Assembly: GCA_012295275.1 (NCBI GenBank)
Contig: CM022676.1
Coordinates: 372,001 to 436,000, forward strand
Length of the DNA stretch: 64,000 nucleotides
DNA from: Chrysomallon squamiferum
Taxonomy: Eukaryota; Animalia; Mollusca
Reading direction: 5' to 3'
Both the position numbers and the translations under genes were made by a program. The notes beneath the pieces are model-generated. The model had not been told where the DNA came from and searched no databases. It saw nothing but the letters and a program-made list of their open reading frames with translations. Of the stretch, positions 56,521 through 64,000 are shown one piece after another. The first letter of the stretch is position 1. Each line of letters opens with the position of its first letter.

Positions 56521-57973
56521 ATCCTAATCCAAACATTAGGATAATGTGAAAACAAAAGGTGTGAAAAGTGAGTGGGAACAGTAATTGATATCACATCCTT
56601 TTGCTGTATTATATTAAATACATCATCCTGTTATTTTGTACAGTAACTCATGTAGCATCCCATTCTCAGCTGTAATAAAGACAACACCCTATTATTCATT
56701 CTGTCGCTTAAATACATCTTCCCATTATTTATTCTCTAAATGATTGGCACAACATCCCTTTTTTGTACTACACTGAATTCTCAGCCAATTGGCTGTATAA
56801 CAAATATCCTTGTGTTCTGTTCAGATTCTGTGTACACTACAGCCACAAAACAAAAGTTGATAACAAGGGCACAAAACTACATGCTCTCTATTGTGTGGAA
56901 TATTTCGCTATGAATTACTTACAGTTTAGAGCAATAAAAATTGTATTTTGACTTCAGAACAACAACATGTAGTATTTCTAACTGTTATAAAACAAGCATG
57001 GACAACATTTTTAGAGAAACAAGCCGCATTAGATATATGGCTCATCATCAGGTGGGCTACACTAACAAATGAACAAAACAAAACAAAACAAAATATATAT
57101 ATATATAAATATATATATAAAAGAAAAAGAATATTCATATATAAATTACTTTTCTTTTTTCTTCTTTTAATATATATATTTATTATTTTTATTTTTTAAT
57201 GAACGTTATTTCCCTTGCAGTTTGTCTATGTTACAGAACCGGCTTATCTTATTTGCTTGAAACAACAAAAAAGTGGAAAGGAATAGATGGGGAGGGAATA
57301 AATAAAAATAAGAAAAGAAAGGTCATTGTACATAACGTAATTCTGTTTCAATGGAAGAGTGCAGAAACATTTTATCCGCCGTTTTTCTTTGAGTGCAACA
57401 ATCGAAAACCACACGACAATTAGAAAAATCATGGACAATTTTATCATTAAATTTGTTATTGGAACTCAGCAATAGTACAAAAAGAAAAATAGCAACCGAA
57501 AGATATATTCACGTGCTGCAAATCGCATGATTTATTTATTTATTTTGTTTTTTAAATTTATTTTTCTGCTTTCCAGTTTCGTGCGACTTCTTGTGGTTCC
57601 TGTTTGTCAGATTTACACGGTGAGTTAAAAAGCTCGAAATGAGCCAAAGTTAACAGTGTTACTTACACTAATTGTAGGTAAATAAAACATATTTTTGGCA
57701 TTTGAATTTTTGATACCGCCATTCCTATATATACCGCCGTTTATCGCGTCAAAAATTCTTAATCACTATTGGTCTGAATTTTAATGTACACAGATTTACC
57801 TCATTTTACTACCGCACCGGGCAACACATATGCAGACGTATAAAATTATCCAGTAAATTGCCACCGGACAAACACGTCTGCCGTATCAATCATCAGACAA
57901 ACCAAGTTTTATTTTGAGTCATTAAGAGGAAATCAACTACCAGAAACTGAATGACAAGAACAAAGGAGATATG

Positions 57974-58031
<58 letters not shown>

Positions 58032-58068
58032 TAAGTAAAATTTGCAATAAAACAATAATTAACTATTA

Positions 58069-58174
<106 letters not shown>

Positions 58175-58229
58175 CCTCCCCCCCCGCCGACGTGAAAAAG
58201 GTGAGGAAAACTTAAATCGCCCATGTGTT

Positions 58230-58800
58230 TTTATGCCTGCGGGTGTTTTTATGTCTAGTGTCCTGTATTGAACCATCGGTCGAAATGTTGCAGCATCTAG
58301 CCATGCAACCCATATATGTGGTTTGATGCTGATTATGTAGCTGCAGCCAGACATGAAATGGAAAGTTCAGATACATTGTCCGAACTACAGAACTCGTCAT
58401 GGAGATGTCGTAATTGTTGCGATAGCAACTACACTACCGAACCTGAGCACTCTGTGTTCCGCCCGAATCCATAAATGGAGATTTCGAATCTGAAAATATG
58501 GACTATGAGTTCTGGTTCCCAGAGAGATAAGCACTGTGCACCACAAGAAATATGTATTGAAAATGGAATTTACAAAGGATATTCGGAATTTCCTATATTG
58601 AGCCACTGTGTCCTTATAACTGAACTCCAGATCAATATAAGAACCGATAGGGTTCGATATAAGTCATGGGGGCTCTGAATTGGACCTATTAACTGGTCCA
58701 TAAAACTTTGAGTTTATAAGTTAAACGTTTATCCTTTTTGTTTACGAAGGTTTTAGGGCATCTGACATCTATCAACTACGACTTGATTGATTTTTGTTGA
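58230..58800 (-). mobile_element. Possible RTE-like LINE 3' relic
   Basis: Fragments YG..ECS..QQLRHL..DNVSE and HQTTYMGCMAR weakly resemble the RTE ORF C-terminus; heavily decayed. Confidence 0.35.
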
Positions 58801-60521
58801 TTCGAACTGGACTGAACAATGAAGGTCAGGATTTAGTGGTTCAACATACGTATACTTCACCTACATAAACACACGCATCGATACGTTCACACATGTATAT
58901 AAGTATTCGCATACATACATTAGTTATTTTCTGTTTGGAAAGTATAAGATAGATATTTTTATCCTGAATTTAGTGATACAAAATTTAAGAAAAGATGATA
59001 ATAATAATAAATAAATAAATAAAATAAAAAAGTAGTAAATATATATATATAAAAACAAGTTGTCAGTCAAATAGTTCCAAAGTCATGATATTTATTATAA
59101 TTTTTAATTTTTTTATTATTATTTTTTTTTTTTGCCTTTTATTATTTTTTTTTTTTTTTGGTACCGGTTACATACAATTGTGGTGCGTGCGTTTTTGTTA
59201 GAAACCATTGATTTCAGCTGCAGCATCCGAAGTGCACGCGTTCCGCGCGTCAGTTTTAGCTAGTCGAGCGCGCGACAAATAACCCATTATTTCTATTTTT
59301 TTGTCGCGCGTCACGAGATCTAAAACAGAGAGTCATTCCCGCTACATTTAAGTTTTAATTAAATGAAAACGGTTTACTGATTTGAACATCTCGTTCAGAT
59401 GTTTCCTGTAATTTAAGACTGTTCTTTGTCAACGTACACAGATATACAACAGAAAAGAAAATCCTGGAAAAACTGTAGGTTTACTTAGTAAGTAATATGT
59501 GTGTTTTATTAATAACATGCATGTATAAGCATTTTGGAACGTCCAGTCCTGGGTGGGGGGAAGGCAGGTTTTCATTAAGATTATAGAAATTTTAGTACAT
59601 AACTTGTCTTCAGTGGTGGACCAAAGTTTCAAACTGATTTTGTCGCTACGTTCGCGTCTAGTTAGGATAGAAAAAATGTGTCGCTCGCGCCCGGTAAAGA
59701 TTCAGCATTATTACCATTTTCAACAAACAGCAATTTTTAAAGACCTATTACAAACCGACATTGCCTGTGACAAAGCTTATCAAATATTATGTTATACTAA
59801 GTGTTCTAAATATGCATTCTAATTTGTTTTCGTATATCTGCTAAATAATATACATTGACACGAGAAGCCATAATTTGACTATTCACATGGTAAAACATTA
59901 AATCTTTGACAATTTATAATTCCTTTCTGCCTGTGCAACGAAAATAAATTTAAACACAGTAATCAGTTTGAGAAGATCTAGATGATGAAACACATTAAGA
60001 TGGGATAAATAAGAAAATCTCGAATGTTAATGTTGAGATGGTTCAACCTTTTTCTTTAATCAAGTTTAGCATCGATAAACAGTATTAGTGCTAGTATAGG
60101 CTATATGAAAATAAAGATGACTTGCTTTTAGCGAACTCTCTCCTGAGAGCGGGTATAAAGCAATTTTACAATGAGAGTAATATTAAGTATATTTTTTAAA
60201 AAAAAGATTAAAAAAAAAAAGACAAACAAATGATGTGGACAATGCATTGTACTGTAATAGTACAATGGTGATGTAACGGAAATGGAACAACAGTTGAATT
60301 TCACTTGGATAAGATGTAAGAAGTAACCTTGGATGTGGGAACTGAATTTAGATTTTGTGCTGAGGGCCTCTCCATCAAAGTCAGTGACTAAATGTTTGCC
60401 AAGAATTGATGTACCTAAATAATTTAGATGACTCCTTAGCAGTGTAACACACGCACACACGTAATCGGCTCCGATATCATTTCAACCCAGATTTAATCAC
60501 TAAATCGTACTCTTATTTATT

Positions 60522-60573
<52 letters not shown>

Positions 60574-61165
60574 GTGTTGTTATAGCAAAAATTAATAAAA
60601 TAAAAGTGAAACATTAGTCTCATACCTTATGTACATGTATCTGCGGCTCCTTCATATTTATTGCACAAAATATTTAAAAAAGGAAGAAGTGTAAGTAATA
60701 TATGAAAGTACTAAGATAAATAAGGTAATTTAGCAGTTATACTTGAGTGATGCCCATAGTGATCGATGATGCTGAAAACTGAAAGAGGAGACGATTTTAC
60801 TGTTTGAAATAATTTAACTGGACCTTAAAATAATTATGTACCTGACCTTCCTTGAAATAACCTAGCAACGCATATCACGGAAATACGTTTTTGATCGGAT
60901 GTGATGTCATCCAAGAAGCAGCAGATATTCGACGAAAGATGAAGCCTCAGCTGAAAAGCTAGACCAAGTCAATGATTAATTATATAATTATAAATAATTA
61001 TATTATCATATTATTTTATTAATTCAGAGGTAGGTTTGCGTTGAAAATTCCTATCATTTTTACATATCTTTATTTGCAAACCTTTTTGATAAGGATCTTG
61101 AATTTTTATTTATTCATATATTTATTTATTTATTTTATTCAGAGAACGAAATTCCGGCAACCCTT

Positions 61166-61218
<53 letters not shown>

Positions 61219-62432
61219 TAATAATAATAATAATAATAATAAAATTATAATAAAGTAGCATTAAAACAGTTTTATCTTAACACATCAAGTCAGTCAGAAA
61301 CGGAAATATTTACATACTTGAGTTTATAAAGCAGATACGTTAGATGAATGAAAAATGAGTAACATAGATGTACAATTTAGATTAGAAGCAGGTCTGGTAG
61401 TATCTCACTCAAATTAAGATAAAATAGTGAAGACAATTTGGATAAAGCAAAAAGAAAGAAGGAGAAATAAAAAGGAAATAGGACAGAAGAACGAAATAAA
61501 CAAATTAACAATGAGGGCAAATTAATGTCAACCAAAATATTTCTTTTGAGTTGCATGTTGTGTATTGCGTTGTCGCTTCACAAAACAAAAAATATTAGTA
61601 ACTGATGCAGGGATTATATCTATGTAAATATTAAGGCAAATCAACACATATAACCACCCCATCAACCAAGGATAAAAGCTAGTGAAAATGAATTTGGTAA
61701 CGCCGACATGTTTTAATATTATTTTTTTCAACAATGAGATGATGTGTCCGGTTTCCTCCAATTAACTGTTGACAGAAAATCGTGTTTACAAACATTAAAA
61801 GTGTGTGTGTGTGTGTTTTTATATAACATAAATAATTAAGATTCAATATACACAGTTTCATTTACATTAGTATATCGGAATAACTAGAAATATTACTCTG
61901 GTTTTTTTTCAATAGTGAAAGTAGAAGTGATATTCAAGAAATGTATGTAACAATTAACTCTGCATTCAAAATATTTCACTGTATGTAGAAGGTATAATTA
62001 ACTTATATTTGGATAATTTGTCAACATTTTCAAGAAAATGATAATAGTGAATAAATGAAATGAAGTAATCAAACATTAACACTGATATTTTTGAAAATAA
62101 TAAACATTAAATTTTTCATAGAATTTCTATACATCATGTTTGAAATGTTTATCAATTTATTGATCAGTAAGTAATTTTGGATTATATTAGTTCATTTATT
62201 TTGTCATTAATATTTGCAATTACTAAAAATATAACTATATAGAAATGTAACCTCTTTTACTTTCATGTAGCATATATATAATTACTGATGTTATGTAATA
62301 ATGATTTGATTTTTATTATAATATCCAACATAACAGTCTTTAATTAATATATTCTTTTATTTCTTCACCATTTTAAATGTTATAATAATTATTTATTTTT
62401 ATTTTCATTAGGGAAAGTATCCTAACAGAATT

Positions 62433-62496
62433 ATGTACCTGAAGTTTTCAAACATCATATTTCTTTTGAGTTATGTGATAGAACTGGTTTCAGGCA
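62433..62496 (+). CDS. IgSF gene F, signal-peptide exon
   Basis: MYLKFSNIIFLLSYVIELVSG + phase-1 |gtaagt; acceptor cattag| at 62411. Confidence 0.75.
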
Positions 62497-62691
62497 GTAA
62501 GTATATTAACATTTATAAATGATTACCAACCTGAGATTGCATGGAATTGCAGTATAGGGAAACTAAATATGTTATCTGTTGATCATGTTTTGATGAAAAT
62601 ACCAAATACTGTAAAAAAGTGTGTAGCTACACTTGATTTTATATGTTTGTGTGTATTTAATATTGCTTATATATATATATATATATATATA

Positions 62692-63246
62692 CCATATATA
62701 CTCGTGTACAAAGCGACCTTATGTATAAGTCGATGTGTATTTTAAGACCAAAAATTGCGTCATTTTAGGTATTACTTGTGTATAAGTCAACTGTAGATTC
62801 CAGGCACCGTCACTTTGTTTTCGATTTGTCGGTAGTGGATATTAATGACGATTGCAATATTATTTCACCAAATTCTTTACAATTACACAAGTGAGTTTTG
62901 TTTTTGAAATTAGGACCGATATTTAGTGCAATTTGGCAGAGAAGTCTGCATTCCTAGATCATTGCAAGACGCTGTAAGGCATAACGCCGTACTGACGGTT
63001 TTTTCGCTTTAAAATGTATTTTTATGTCATTAAATGGAAGAATATCATGTTTTACATTCATATTTGGTTTTGTTATTTATTTTTTCAAAATGTTTTATAC
63101 GATAAAATTTTATTTTTGAAAAGCTGAAAGACCGCGATTATTTTAGATGCATCCCGTAGCAAAAAATAGTCAAAATGGCGACTCTTCAGCAACAGCTACA
63201 AAAGCATCACCTATGTATAAGTTGACTTATACACAAGTATATACGG
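62692..63246. mobile_element. Tc1/mariner (Tc2/pogo-like) MITE
   Basis: TIRs ccatatatactcgtgtacaa / ttatacacaagtatatacgg flanked by TA. Confidence 0.75.
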
Positions 63247-63897
63247 TATGTATATACACACACATAAATATAGATACACAGAGATATATTATATACAAAA
63301 ACACACAGACAAGAGCATATCAAGTTTAGTAGATTAGGGGTGCCCCCACCTTTTCAGCATGTGAACTACTTTTAAAGTGACCAGGTCATATATATATATA
63401 TATATATACTGAGTATACTTTATGTATATAATATGTTGGTGTACCTTGCTTAACTGCATGAACCCATATGACACCATACAACTCTGTACATTTTTGGTCC
63501 TTATATTACTCTGATGAGTTGCACTGAGCCAGGGTTGCATAGTGTGGACTGTAGCTGCTAGTAGCCAGTGTCAAGCAGATGTCCACATGATCATCAGTCC
63601 TGGTAGAAAAGCATTTTACCTTAACAATCTTCATGTGGGTAAAGACAGACTCATATAAATAAGTGGAGCTGAAAAGTGTGCATGTGTGTATTTATATGTA
63701 TGTGTGTGTTTGTGTAAATACAAAAATACACTTTTGTGCTTTGTCTATATGAGTGTTTGTGTGAATGTTATATGTGTGTTTGTGTGTGTAAATAACTGTG
63801 TGTGTGTGTGTGTGTGTGTATGTAATGTCTTGTATGAAACAAATCATTTAACTTTTGATGCTCATTTTCTTTTTGCTCTTTTAATTTTGTTTGTAAG

Positions 63898-64000
63898 CTG
63901 CCTATCTGACAGTGAAAACACCTGATCTCATTGATGGTAAAAAGACAACTGTACGCTGCATGCTAAGATACCCAAAGAAGATAAACAATATGAAATGGGT
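63898..64000 (+). CDS. IgSF gene F, start of D1 exon (runs off right edge)
   Basis: ttgtaag| phase 1; AYLTVKTPDLIDGKKTTVRCMLRYPKKINNMKW aligns to D1 of A, B and E (LIEG..C..MKW). Confidence 0.75.

Overview
AT-rich, microsatellite-laden eukaryotic (invertebrate animal-like) genomic DNA, not prokaryotic. The window is dominated by a tandem cluster of paralogous multi-exon immunoglobulin-superfamily (IgSF) surface-protein genes. Each Ig domain is encoded by its own symmetric phase-1/phase-1 GT-AG exon behind a separate signal-peptide exon. Reconstructed by hand: gene A (minus, SP + 3 Ig, runs off the left edge); gene B (minus, complete, SP + 8 Ig + TM + 7-aa tail, ~815 aa); gene C (plus, head-to-head inverted paralog of B, SP + 2 Ig + hydrophobic C-terminus, ~253 aa); fragment D (minus, 1 Ig + TM + cytoplasmic exon, no visible 5' half); gene E (plus, SP + 8 Ig, no visible 3' half); gene F (plus, SP + start of first Ig, runs off the right edge). 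E and D are complementary halves on opposite strands. Two intronic minisatellites are built from amplified splice-site sequence. Also present: a decayed L1/Tx1 LINE, Gypsy-integrase, MULE and RTE-like relics, hAT and Tc/mariner MITEs, and many simple repeats. Gene labels A-F and domain labels D1-D8 are mine; no gene symbol can be assigned, and all identity values are by-eye estimates.
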